In this document: one piece after another, positions 19,108-28,786 of the stretch
Position numbering within the stretch: position 1 is the stretch's first letter
Layout of the letters: each line of letters starts with the position of its first letter
Source: an uncultured Methanosarcinales archaeon
GTDB taxonomy: Archaea; Nanobdellota; Nanobdellia; Woesearchaeales; GW2011-AR9
Length of the DNA: 64,000 bases
Reading direction: 5' to 3'
NCBI GenBank assembly: GCA_964343575.1
Contig: CAYFJV010000001.1
Span: forward strand, 596,705-660,704
Made by a program: the position numbers and the translations under genes
The notes under the pieces: generated by a model
Told to the model about the DNA's origin: nothing
The model's input: only the letters and a program-made list of their open reading frames with translations
Database searches by the model: none

Positions 19108-20043
19108 CTACTCTTCGTCATGTTCTGCTAAGAAACGTTCAACTTCAATTGCTGCCATACAACCGGTTCCCGCTGCAGTGATTGCCTGACGGTAAGTACT
19201 GTCTTGCACATCTCCGCAAGCAAAAACGCCAGTGACATTAGTTGCCGTTGATTTTGCGTTGGTTATGATGTATCCTTTCTCATCGGTTTTGATAGCTTCT
19301 CCAAACAATTTTGTGTTTGGGATATGGCCAATAGCAACAAAAAAACCTTGACAACTCAATTCTTCTATTTCATTGCTTTTTGTATTTTTGATCTTTACAC
19401 CAGTTACTTTCTTCTGTTCTGGGTCAAGCACTTCTTCGACAACGTAAGGTGTTTTGATCTCTATTTTTTCGTGTGCCTTTGCTCGGCTTAGCATAATTTT
19501 TGATGCACGAAATTCGTCTCTCCTATGGATAATGGTCACCTTGCTTGCAAATTTGGTAAGAAAAAGTGCTTCCTCCATTGCCGAATCTCCACCGCCAATG
19601 ACCACTACTTCTTTTCCTTTGTAAAAAGCACCATCACAAGTTGCGCAACTAGTAACTCCTCTTCCCATAAGCGCCTGCTCACTTTCAAGATTGAGCCATC
19701 TTGCACTTGCCCCCGTGGAAATAACTAGAGTCTTTGCTTTGTATTCTTGCCCTTCTACTTCAACTGTAAAAGGTCGTTTGGTGAGATCAACTTTGCTTAC
19801 ATCTTTGGTAACAATCTCTGCCCCAAAACGACTTGCTTGCTTATGCATCTCTTCAATAAGTTTTGGCCCCATGATACCATTCTCAAAACCAGGAAAATTT
19901 TCTACCTCACTTGTGAGCATTAACTGCCCGCCTGCTTGATATCCTTCAAAGACTAAAGGTTTAAGCTCTGCTCGCGCAGCGTAGAGTGCTGCAGTAAGTC
20001 CTGCTGGACCACCGCCAATGATAATTAAGTTTCTTGTTTCCAT
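19108..20043 (-). CDS. trxB: thioredoxin reductase
   Basis: GGGPAG, CATCDG, GGGDSAMEEA, FACGDVQD..YRQAITAAG. Confidence 0.97.
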   Translation of the reverse strand: METRNLIIIGGGPAGLTAALYAARAELKPLVFEGYQAGGQLMLTSEVENFPGFENGIMGPKLIEEMHKQASRFGAEIVTKDVSKVDLTKRPFTVEVEGQEYKAKTLVISTGASARWLNLESEQALMGRGVTSCATCDGAFYKGKEVVVIGGGDSAMEEALFLTKFASKVTIIHRRDEFRASKIMLSRAKAHEKIEIKTPYVVEEVLDPEQKKVTGVKIKNTKSNEIEELSCQGFFVAIGHIPNTKLFGEAIKTDEKGYIITNAKSTATNVTGVFACGDVQDSTYRQAITAAGTGCMAAIEVERFLAEHDEE

Positions 20044-20095
20044 AAGAAAAGAAGGGCCCTAGAAGGTATAAAAAGTTTTCTTTTAGGAGAAAAAA

Positions 20096-20350
20096 CTATT
20101 CTCTAAGATTGTAGTTGCTGCTTCCAAAATACTCATTATATGTTGCCCCAGCAAGAAGCCCAGCAAGACCAAGATGAGTAACAGCTAAGGTTGCCGACTC
20201 TGCAGAAGCAACATGGGGCATTTCTGAAACCGCTTGGAGTGCCTCATAGCCCCCAAGTGTGGTGAGAAGCCCAACTAAACCAGCTTGTCCAGTAAGATAA
20301 AGAAGATCTCCGGCCACATTTTTTCTTTTTGGAAAACCAGCGCTTATCAT
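20096..20350 (-). CDS. small hypothetical membrane protein
   Basis: 84-aa ORF with two hydrophobic segments, TTTAAATA upstream. Confidence 0.45.
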   Translation of the reverse strand: MISAGFPKRKNVAGDLLYLTGQAGLVGLLTTLGGYEALQAVSEMPHVASAESATLAVTHLGLAGLLAGATYNEYFGSSNYNLRE

Positions 20351-20478
20351 GATAATTCTTGAGTAGAGGCTCCTATTTAAACTTTGTTTAGCTTCCTTGT
20401 AGGAGCGTCTCTATTTTCTTAAACAGGTGATGAAACATAAAGATTAATAAAGAGAAAATGACTCTTTATAAATTGGCT

Positions 20479-21282
20479 ATGCAATTTAAAATCCAGAAAA
20501 AAGATGATGATAACTTACAACGTTATCCTACAGAAGACCTTCGCACGGCAAGAGTTTTTGCCAAAAAGCTTCGCGAAGAGCTTCAAGATTTTGTAGTTGC
20601 AGTGATTCTTTTTGGAAGTACGGCTCGGAAACAGAGCACAGAAAAGAGCGATATTGATATCTTGGTTGTTGGAGATGATATCGATTTTAAAACCACTAAA
20701 GCATTCATTGAAACTTACCGCATTATTATGGAAAAGGTGATTGCGACCACTTCCTCTCGTTTGCATGTAACTTCTATGACCTTAAGCTCTTTTTGGGAGT
20801 ATGCTCGTGTTGGTGATCCGGTAGTCTATAACATTTTACGTGACGGTGTTTCCTTATATGATGAAGGCTTCTTTCGTCCGCTTCAGAAGCTTCTTCGAAC
20901 GGGAAGAGTTCGTCCTACTGAAGAGAGTGTTTGGCGTTATTATGCGCGAGCACCAAAAACACTCACTAACTCTCGTTGGCACGTGATGCAAGCAACACTT
21001 GATTTGTATTGGGCAGTGATTGATAGTGCCCATGCAGCGCTTATGAAACATGGACATGTCCCTCCTTCTCCTGATCACATGGCAAGCATGCTCGATAAGG
21101 CTTTCGTTAAAAAAAGAAAATTGGAAAAAGAATATGTTGAGACCATGCGACGTTTCTACAAATTAAGCAAAATGATCACTCACAGAGAGATCAAAGAAAT
21201 CAAAGGAAAAGAGTTTGAGGCTTACTTCAAAGAAGCTGAAGATTTTGTCAAGCGTATGCGCAAGCTGATTATGCATGGTTGA
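20479..21282 (+). CDS. minimal nucleotidyltransferase (MNT)-HEPN-like fusion
   Basis: LFGSTAR...SDIDILV; helical C-term LYWAVIDSAHAALM...EAEDFVKRM. Confidence 0.8.
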   Translation: MQFKIQKKDDDNLQRYPTEDLRTARVFAKKLREELQDFVVAVILFGSTARKQSTEKSDIDILVVGDDIDFKTTKAFIETYRIIMEKVIATTSSRLHVTSMTLSSFWEYARVGDPVVYNILRDGVSLYDEGFFRPLQKLLRTGRVRPTEESVWRYYARAPKTLTNSRWHVMQATLDLYWAVIDSAHAALMKHGHVPPSPDHMASMLDKAFVKKRKLEKEYVETMRRFYKLSKMITHREIKEIKGKEFEAYFKEAEDFVKRMRKLIMHG

Positions 21283-21322
21283 TGTTGTGTTTTTGTTAAG
21301 GAAGGATACTCATCAATAACAA

Positions 21323-21484
21323 CTGTGTCCTAAGAAACAAAAAGCACCTGCCGGGCGACGCCTTATGTATTCCTGTCCACCCCCAGATTTTTCTCCTTCC
21401 AGTCCAAAAATGGCTCCCAGGAAGATCACTTCTTGGTTTTGCTGTGGTCGCAATAAGGCAGGAGTGCACTCTCTTAGGACACAG
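21323..21484 (-). ncRNA. candidate structured ncRNA (possibly reduced SRP-like)
   Basis: perfect 13-bp terminal stem CTGTGTCCTAAGA/TCTTAGGACACAG, nested helices, two apical hairpins, TTATTAAA ~25 nt upstream on minus strand. Confidence 0.5.
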
Positions 21485-21533
21485 CCATCAACAACAAAAA
21501 CCTTTAATAATCACTAGTTCTTCGTCTTTCTTG

Positions 21534-23267
21534 ATGAAAGAAATTATTTGGCCTCACGTGCTCAAAAATGCTGCTGCTTTTGGTGGAAAAGCAAATATCA
21601 AAGTGGTTCTTGGGTTTGTTTTGCGGGCACACCCTGAGTTGAAAAAAGATGTTGGTGCGGTGCTCAAAACAATTTCTGAGCTCTCTGGAGACGTTGAAAA
21701 GATGTCTCTTGAAGAGATTAAAGCTGAGCTAAAGAAACAAGGAGCGCACCTAGAGAAGGATGGGAAAAAGGAAGAGGCCAGTGGGAAGAGAAAAAGTGCT
21801 ACTGTTAAAGGTCCGCTCAAAGCTCTAAAGAATGCTGAGGTTGGAAAAGTAAAAGTGCGTATGGCGCCAAGCCCTAGCGGACCCTTACACATTGGTCATG
21901 CTTATGGCGCACTCATTAACGCGCTTTACGCCGAGATGTATAAAGGAAGTTTGCTTCTTCGCATTGAAGATACCAACGCCGAAAACATTTACCCTCCTGC
22001 TTACGAACTTATCGAAGAAGATACCCGCTGGTTAGTTGGAGATATCCTCAAAGAAGTGGTAGTGCAAAGTTCTCGACTTGATCGTTATTATCTGCATGCT
22101 AAAAAACTCGTTGAAATTGCTAAGGCTTATGTTTGTACTTGTGATAATGATGAGTGGCGTTCACTTAAGGCAAAGGGAAAAGCTTGCCCTTGCCGAGAGT
22201 TGGAGGCAAAGGAGCAACTTGAACGTTACGAAAAATTGTTTGACGGCTATGCTGAAGGAGAAGCGGTGCTTCGTTTGAAAACAGATATTGCTCACAAAAA
22301 CCCTGCAATGCGTGATTTTGGTATTATGCGTATTGTAGAGAAAAAGCATCCTAAGACCGGGAGCAAGAATCGCGTGTGGCCACTTATGGTTTTCTCAGTT
22401 GCAATTGATGATCATGAACTTGGCGTGACTCACGTGCTTAATGGAAAAGATCATGAAGATAACGGAAGAAAAGAGGCTTTGATTATGAGTTATCTTGGTT
22501 GGAAAGCTCCAGAATACCAACATTGGGGAAGAATCAACTTTGAAGGTTTTAAACTGAGCACGAGTAAGACGCGCCTAGCTATCGAACAAGGAGAGTATGA
22601 TGGTTGGGACGATATTCGTCTTGCTACCTTAGGTGCTCTTCGTCGTCGAGGTTATGCAGTTGAAGCATTCAGAAGGTTTGCTATGGAGATTGGCCTCAGC
22701 AAGAACGACAAAACAGTAAGTTGGAAAGAGTTTTGGAAAATGGTTAACGCCTTTGATCGAGAGGTTAACGAAGAGAAGGCTAATCGTTATTTTTTTGTTG
22801 CTGATCCTGTGGAAATTGTTATGCAAGGGTTTTCTGGAAAAGAAGTTGCACTTGATTTACACCCTGATTTTCCTGATCGAGGCAGTAGAAAGTTGCTTGC
22901 TCGAGAAGGTTTTTATTTAGCCCGCGAGGACTTTGACAAGCTTGAGGAAGGGAAGGTACATCGTTTGATTGATTGTTTGAATTTTGTTATTGAAGGAGGC
23001 GTTGCTCGTTTTGTTTCCGAGAGTTATGAAGATTATAGTAGGGCGGGGAAAGAGAAAAAAGGAAAAATTATTCACTGGCTAGCGATTGGCGAGAGCAAAG
23101 TTGATGTAGAATTAATGCTTGAAGATCATGGTATTTTGAAAGGGTTTGGAGAGAAAGGGCTTGCTGATCTTAAAGAAGGAGATATTGTGCAATTACAGCG
23201 GGTGGCTTTTGCTCGTATTGATAAGGTAGAAAAAGGAAAAGTTAAAGTATGGTATTTACATAAGTAG
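21534..23267 (+). CDS. gltX: glutamyl-tRNA synthetase (archaeal type)
   Basis: RMAPSPSGPLHIGH, LRIEDT, KLSTSK, GWDDIRL; ATG 21534 follows TTTAATAA. Confidence 0.95.
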   Translation: MKEIIWPHVLKNAAAFGGKANIKVVLGFVLRAHPELKKDVGAVLKTISELSGDVEKMSLEEIKAELKKQGAHLEKDGKKEEASGKRKSATVKGPLKALKNAEVGKVKVRMAPSPSGPLHIGHAYGALINALYAEMYKGSLLLRIEDTNAENIYPPAYELIEEDTRWLVGDILKEVVVQSSRLDRYYLHAKKLVEIAKAYVCTCDNDEWRSLKAKGKACPCRELEAKEQLERYEKLFDGYAEGEAVLRLKTDIAHKNPAMRDFGIMRIVEKKHPKTGSKNRVWPLMVFSVAIDDHELGVTHVLNGKDHEDNGRKEALIMSYLGWKAPEYQHWGRINFEGFKLSTSKTRLAIEQGEYDGWDDIRLATLGALRRRGYAVEAFRRFAMEIGLSKNDKTVSWKEFWKMVNAFDREVNEEKANRYFFVADPVEIVMQGFSGKEVALDLHPDFPDRGSRKLLAREGFYLAREDFDKLEEGKVHRLIDCLNFVIEGGVARFVSESYEDYSRAGKEKKGKIIHWLAIGESKVDVELMLEDHGILKGFGEKGLADLKEGDIVQLQRVAFARIDKVEKGKVKVWYLHK

Positions 23268-23327
23268 AGAGTAAGGGGCTTGCTTAACTTATGGTTTTTA
23301 GTTTTGAAAAGGTAATGGGTGGTTTAT

Positions 23328-23807
23328 ATGGCAAAAATTAGTATTGATACTCCTTTGGCTGAGCTGACACTTCGTCGCTATGAAAAGCCAAGCGCAGATG
23401 ATCGCGACTTAGTTCGACGCCTTTGCTTGTCTCTTGGTCTTTTGCAGCCAGGAGATTCACGAGATGTTATCGTAGATGTCTTCTACGTGCTTTTGAAAGC
23501 TCGGCAGCGTCGCGAAGAGTTACATTCTGAAGAGATTAAGAATTTGGTTATGGCACAGCGAAAAGAGCGTGGTTTGCCTATGCTTGGGGTTGCATCTTCG
23601 AACATTCGTCGTCAGTTGAAAAGGATGAAAGATTTGCATTTGATTGAAACCAATGCTAACTTGTACCGGATCACTGAATTTTCTTCACTTGGAGAGATCT
23701 TTGAAGAGAAAATTGAGAACTTCATTCTGAACTCTGTCTTGAATCGAGTAAAAGATTATCTTGGAAGGATTGATCAAGAGTTTGCCGAGGAGAAAAAAGA
23801 AAGGTAA
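23328..23807 (+). CDS. hypothetical protein, probable winged-helix
   Basis: TLRRYEKP...SLGLLQPGDSRD, SSNIRRQLKRMKDLHLIE. Confidence 0.6.
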   Translation: MAKISIDTPLAELTLRRYEKPSADDRDLVRRLCLSLGLLQPGDSRDVIVDVFYVLLKARQRREELHSEEIKNLVMAQRKERGLPMLGVASSNIRRQLKRMKDLHLIETNANLYRITEFSSLGEIFEEKIENFILNSVLNRVKDYLGRIDQEFAEEKKER

Positions 23808-23942
23808 GAGTTTTTCTTGATCTTGAAATTCTTATCTTTTGGAGAGAGTATTTTCTTTCTGACCTACAATTTGTTTGCAATAGTGTTCTTTGGCCAGCTA
23901 AATGTTTAAATATGCTTTTTCAACTTTGTTAATTGATAAGCT

Positions 23943-25826
23943 ATGAGTATATTTTCTGATGAGAACCACGCAGCCTATATAGATACAAGAAGGGCGGCGT
24001 GGGGAGCACTTGCAAGAGTTGATCCCGTTGAAGGGCTCTCTGTAACTTTTAATGAGCAACGCTTCATTGGGAATAGGGAACGTTGCCTAGAAGATATTTT
24101 AGGAGATTCTCGCATAGTCATTGTTTCTGGGGCTTACTTTGGTGATGAAGCAAAGGGAAAAGTTACCGACAGTATTGCTCGTTTAGAAGATATTGTTGCA
24201 GTTGCACGGGTAAACTCCGGTGCTAACGCGGGACATACTGTTTATGTTGATGGAGTGAAGTATGTCTTCCATATTTTACCTTCTGCAGTGGTCAATGGTG
24301 TGAAGTGCTACATTGGTCCAAATGTTGTTGCAGATCCTGTTTCTCTTATGGACAATGAGATTGGAAAACTCGTTGACAAGGGGATTAGTTATGACAATTT
24401 GATGGTGGGAAATATGTTCATTACCACACCGTATCATAAGATTATGGATGTGCTGGGGAGCAGAACTAACTCTTCTACAGGTGTTGGCATCTCTGGAACC
24501 CACGCTTCTATTGCTACAAAGAGCTGTCCTCGTTTGGATGATTTTTTTCAATCTGAAGGGCATCAGCGAGCTCGCTTTGAGAGAGATATGAAAAAACATT
24601 GGCTTGGCTTTGTTGTGCAGTTGGGTTTGGAGAGAGCACGTGCTCTTGGTATGGCTGGGGTGACAAGTGCTCTTGATGAATATATCTTACGATTAGGGAA
24701 TGAAGCAATTGTAGAACGCTTAGAAGAGATTCGGGCAAGCGGCGCTGGTGGGCAACGTAAAGTTCCAGATCATGTTTTAGAGTTTGCAAAGGCAGAAGAC
24801 AAGTCTGCTTTTCTTATTGATCTTTACCGAGAAAGAGTTGTTGAAGATGAGGCATTTCCAAGACGAGGAGATGTCACTGCTGAGCTTCAAAAAGACCTGA
24901 GAGCAGAAGGAGCGAGAATTCTCTTGGAAAGCCCACAGAGTGTTCTGCTCTCAAGTGCAGTACCACAATTACAAGATACAGGTACATCTGCACAAACACA
25001 CGCAGAAGGAGTTTTAGCAACATCTGGTGTGAACGCATCTGAAGAAGGTTACGTGATCATTAATGTGAATAAATTTCCTGCTCCTTCCCGAGTTGGAATT
25101 GGAGATATTCCTGCTTCTTTTACCACCCAAGATCGTTTTTCCAGCGCAGACATTAGCACTATTGATGATTTGTGTGGTGCTTGCACCGACTTTGATGGGA
25201 TTCAGAGAGCTTATTTTGAAGCAATTGGAGAGAATGGCGTCTTGGCTGCTGTAGAGTACACCGACTCCACTGGAACTTATCTCATTGATGAAGCTATGGC
25301 CATGGCAAGTTGCCAGCAATTTGGAGAAGAAGGGGCCACCACAAGAAAACCAAGAATTACTGGATTGTATGATTGCGTTTTAGGTAGCCTGGTAAATCAA
25401 AGGCAGGGCCCGCACTTAGTGCTTTCTTGTATGGATAGAGGAGACCATTGTGATTATGTTGGCCTTACCATTGCTTATGTGGTGCACCTTAGCGAGAAGG
25501 GAGACTTTTTAGAAGATGGGGACGGAAGGTATGTGGATTCTGGTGGAAGGCGCTATAGAAGTGGAGAGATTATTCGAGCTGGACACGTTGTTCCAGGCCA
25601 TAATGTGCTTAAACATTGTTATTCTATCACTAAAGTGATGGATGGATGGAAAGATAGCCCTATTGGATCGGATACGGGCTTTGTTGCTCACGAAGGAGCA
25701 GAACTTCCTAGAAATGTTGCCAATGTTATTGGAGCAATTGAATTCTATTCTGGTTTTGAGGTGGTGGCTATTGGTAATGGTGTTAACCCAGAAGATCTCA
25801 TTTGGATTGATAGAGAAGCAGCTTGA
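23943..25826 (+). CDS. purA: adenylosuccinate synthetase, long form
   Basis: GAYFGDEAKGK, GANAGHT, HILPS, EEGATTRKPR, IGNG. Confidence 0.92.
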   Translation: MSIFSDENHAAYIDTRRAAWGALARVDPVEGLSVTFNEQRFIGNRERCLEDILGDSRIVIVSGAYFGDEAKGKVTDSIARLEDIVAVARVNSGANAGHTVYVDGVKYVFHILPSAVVNGVKCYIGPNVVADPVSLMDNEIGKLVDKGISYDNLMVGNMFITTPYHKIMDVLGSRTNSSTGVGISGTHASIATKSCPRLDDFFQSEGHQRARFERDMKKHWLGFVVQLGLERARALGMAGVTSALDEYILRLGNEAIVERLEEIRASGAGGQRKVPDHVLEFAKAEDKSAFLIDLYRERVVEDEAFPRRGDVTAELQKDLRAEGARILLESPQSVLLSSAVPQLQDTGTSAQTHAEGVLATSGVNASEEGYVIINVNKFPAPSRVGIGDIPASFTTQDRFSSADISTIDDLCGACTDFDGIQRAYFEAIGENGVLAAVEYTDSTGTYLIDEAMAMASCQQFGEEGATTRKPRITGLYDCVLGSLVNQRQGPHLVLSCMDRGDHCDYVGLTIAYVVHLSEKGDFLEDGDGRYVDSGGRRYRSGEIIRAGHVVPGHNVLKHCYSITKVMDGWKDSPIGSDTGFVAHEGAELPRNVANVIGAIEFYSGFEVVAIGNGVNPEDLIWIDREAA

Positions 25827-25894
25827 AAGTGAGAGAAGAGAGTAAGAAAAGTTGCAAAAGTAAAATAAGAGAAAGTAAAGAAATAATTGACAAG

Positions 25895-26155
25895 CTAAAT
25901 AATATCTTCTTCTGCTACAACGATGAAATCGCCAGTAGCGATTACAGCAGAAAATGGAATGAGAATCTGTCCTTCTCGGTTCTGCTCAAGTTCCATACGA
26001 TCAGTATAAGAAGTTGGATTTCTTAAGACCAAGTGAATCAGCTCGCCTGAGCCCACCTCAAAGACAAGGTCGCCCACATCACCAAACTTTTTTCCTGATT
26101 TAGAAACGATAGTTTTCCCTAGAAGTTCTCTAGAATAATTTTTCTCTTTTTCCAT
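25895..26155 (-). CDS. PRC-barrel domain protein
   Basis: LLGKTIVSKSGKKFGDVGDLVFE...IPFSAVIATGDFIVV. Confidence 0.85.
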   Translation of the reverse strand: MEKEKNYSRELLGKTIVSKSGKKFGDVGDLVFEVGSGELIHLVLRNPTSYTDRMELEQNREGQILIPFSAVIATGDFIVVAEEDII

Positions 26156-26316
26156 TGCTCTACCCCCTCACAGAGTTATCTCTTAACGACAATAAGTTGT
26201 AAGAAAAACTAGGGCCAAAAGCGTATTTAAACTTTTTGGTGAAGAAAAGGTTACAAAAAAGAAGTGAGGAAAGAAAAAAAGTGAAGAAAAAAGAAAGAAA
26301 AAACCAGTTCCCTGGC

Positions 26317-28590
26317 TTATCTTTTAGTTCCGCCTACCAGCAAAGCTAGCAAAAATACTAACAATGCAAAGACTACCAAAATCGCAGCTACTAACCAAGC
26401 TACTGCTCGGATGTTCTCCCAAGCAAACTCTCCATTCTCAGTAGTAAAAGTTACTGGAAGACTAGGAGTATTTGTTTCTGCGCCAGGCAAGACAGTGATT
26501 TCAACTTCGTCGTCATCATCGTCAGCACTGGTTGTGGTAGTTGTAGTGGTGGTTGTAGTAGTTGGAGGAGTGTAAGGTGTTGCAGCTTCTCCATCTCCAC
26601 GGTATCCAGCACCATAGGTAAGCACATCTGAGATGTCATCTAAAAGCTCATCGATGTCATCAAGAAGGTCTTCTAGACGCTCTTCAAGCTCTTCTTGCAA
26701 GTCTTCATCAAGGTCGTCATCGTCCTTGATCTCATCAAGAAGGTCTTCTGTATCGTCTTTAAGAGTTTCTACATCTTCTTCGATGTCTTCAATGTTCTCT
26801 TCAGCATCTTCGATGTCACGATCATCATCGTCACGCTCAGCGTCTTCAAGCTCGTCTTCTTCGTCCTTGAATTCATCTTCAAGGGTTTCAAAGCGCTCTT
26901 CAAGATCTACAACAGACTGCTCTTCATCACTCAAGTCTTCAGCTACAGTGATAGTAAAGCTTTGAGTTGTACTTGCGCCAGTTGCATCGCTAAAGGTTAA
27001 GCTTACGATGTGCTCGCCAAGATCACCAGTTACAGGAGTCCAATCAAGTTCATAGTTACCAGGTGTGGTGGTTGATTCAGAAAAGATGCTTGTATCATCT
27101 AAATCAAGGGAACTTGTAGCAGAACTACAAGCAGCACAGGTAACTGACCATGAATCAAAAGTTACAGCTTCATCTTCAGGATCTTCTACTTGAATGGTAT
27201 CGGTCACTGATCCACCAATAACTACTGTTTGGTCCTGTGTAGAAATTACAGGAGCATCGTTTACATTACTTACAGTAATAGTAAAGTCAGCAGTCACAGT
27301 AGCAATGCTATCTTGTACAGTTACAGTAATGGTATGTACGCCAACATCGTTGTTTGCTGGAGTCCAACTTAGTTCATAGTTCCCTGCACCATCATCGCTA
27401 AGAGCGTGAGCAGTAGCAAAGGAACTAGTGGTGCTGTAATCTCCTACAAAAGCAACACTTTCGCTTGCAGTTACAGTGAGAGCATCTCCATCAACATCAG
27501 TTGCAGTGAAGCTTACAGTAACAGTACTATCTTCGTTTACAGGATAATCTGCATCAAAGCCAGCAAGTACAGGTTCAGTGTTCTCGAAAAGAGAAAGATC
27601 GAAACTAGTGCTTACTTCTTCCAAAGCCAAGTCAGTTACAGTTACAGTTACGGTGTAAACATCACCAGCTGCAGCATCTCCTGCTCCAGGAGTCCAGGTC
27701 AAAAGACCGGTTGCGTCGATTTCAAAATCAACAGCAGGGGCAGGAGTTACCTCTACGGTGTAAGTAAGCACGTCACTTGCCAGAGCAATATCTACATCGC
27801 TTGCTTCTACTTGATAACTGAAGTCTACACCAGTTAGGCTATCATAATCTGCAATTTGGTCTTCGATTGCAGTAATAGTAGGTGCATCATTCACGTTTTC
27901 TACAGTAATGGTAAAGCTAATACTAGTAGCATCGTCGCTTACAGCGCCATCTACATCCTGAGCTCTCACAGTCACAGTGTGTACACCAACATCTTCGTTA
28001 GTTGGAGTCCAGAAAATTTCTGCAGTTCCGTCAAAGTTGTCAGTAAGTGCTTCAGTGATGGTGCTTCCAGAAAAGTCGTCCTCTACGCTAAAAGTAAGCG
28101 TGGTTGCATCAGATTCTTCATCGGTTGCACTGAAAGTTCGGTAAAATGGAGTTACGGTCTCTTCAGCAACAACAGCATCAGCATCGCTCCCAGAAACAAC
28201 TGGAAGGTCGTTGAATTCTTCTACAGTCACAGTAAAAGTATACTCAATGCTTTCTACATCAGCATCTTCTACAGTAGTTGTAAAAGTATGGGTTCCAACG
28301 TCGCTTTCAATTGGAGTCCAAGTAATTGTCGCTGTTCCATCTCCATTATCAACAAAGTGAGTTGCGGAGTCAAAAGTAGTTCCAGCAAAATCATCTGTTG
28401 GTTCACTAATGGTAACATCTGTTCCATCAGCATCGTCAGTAAGAATGTTCAAAACAAGTTCGTGATCTTCAGTAGCAGTTGCAGCGTCACTTCCAGTATC
28501 CAACGTTGCGGTCGGATCAACAGCAAGTACCACGGCAGAACCCACTAACAAAAAGAGCACAAAAATTGCCATCATTTGTTTTAAGTTCAT
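26317..28590 (-). CDS. cell-surface protein with tandem cadherin/Ig-like repeats
   Basis: signal peptide, five WTP..DVG.HT.TV-type repeats with NVNDAP linkers, acidic coiled coil, Thr run, C-terminal TM. Confidence 0.85.
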   Translation of the reverse strand: MNLKQMMAIFVLFLLVGSAVVLAVDPTATLDTGSDAATATEDHELVLNILTDDADGTDVTISEPTDDFAGTTFDSATHFVDNGDGTATITWTPIESDVGTHTFTTTVEDADVESIEYTFTVTVEEFNDLPVVSGSDADAVVAEETVTPFYRTFSATDEESDATTLTFSVEDDFSGSTITEALTDNFDGTAEIFWTPTNEDVGVHTVTVRAQDVDGAVSDDATSISFTITVENVNDAPTITAIEDQIADYDSLTGVDFSYQVEASDVDIALASDVLTYTVEVTPAPAVDFEIDATGLLTWTPGAGDAAAGDVYTVTVTVTDLALEEVSTSFDLSLFENTEPVLAGFDADYPVNEDSTVTVSFTATDVDGDALTVTASESVAFVGDYSTTSSFATAHALSDDGAGNYELSWTPANNDVGVHTITVTVQDSIATVTADFTITVSNVNDAPVISTQDQTVVIGGSVTDTIQVEDPEDEAVTFDSWSVTCAACSSATSSLDLDDTSIFSESTTTPGNYELDWTPVTGDLGEHIVSLTFSDATGASTTQSFTITVAEDLSDEEQSVVDLEERFETLEDEFKDEEDELEDAERDDDDRDIEDAEENIEDIEEDVETLKDDTEDLLDEIKDDDDLDEDLQEELEERLEDLLDDIDELLDDISDVLTYGAGYRGDGEAATPYTPPTTTTTTTTTTTSADDDDDEVEITVLPGAETNTPSLPVTFTTENGEFAWENIRAVAWLVAAILVVFALLVFLLALLVGGTKR

Positions 28591-28688
28591 TTTGTTTTTA
28601 CCTCGGTAAAGTATATTCTACCAACACATGTGTAATACTGTCTTAGAACGTGATTCATTTATAAATGTTTCGTTACTAAGGAGTGGTT

Positions 28689-28714
28689 ATAACGCATTTT
28701 CTAAAAACCGTTAT
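28689..28714. repeat. imperfect palindrome at host/virus junction
   Basis: ATAACGCATTTT-CT-AAAAACCGTTAT, 10 of 12 arm positions complementary. Confidence 0.5.
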
Positions 28715-28786
28715 TCAGTCACCAAGCAGTAAAGACGCTGAAAGTGCTGAATTTTGTGCTTACGGCCTCTGTACTTCTTGAACTGC

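Noticed and set aside
20479..21282. Active HEPN RNase toxin
   Set aside because: No clear Rx4-6H motif (reads KMITH); kept only as an MNT-HEPN-like fusion
21323..21484. RNase P RNA, tRNA or MITE reading of the 13-bp inverted repeat
   Set aside because: No GAGGAAAGUCC-type RNase P motif, no cloverleaf, no target-site duplication or second copy; internal helices favour a folded RNA
21444..21533. 30-aa N-terminal extension of GluRS in the ORF track
   Set aside because: Overlaps the structured RNA candidate and the TATA box; ATG 21534 fits a leaderless start
26530..26565. (GTA/GTG/GTT)n trinucleotide run
   Set aside because: Encodes the Thr linker of the adhesin; not an independent repeat element
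26451..28548. Several Ser-rich overlapping ORFs
   Set aside because: Antisense or alternate-frame shadows of the acidic adhesin gene
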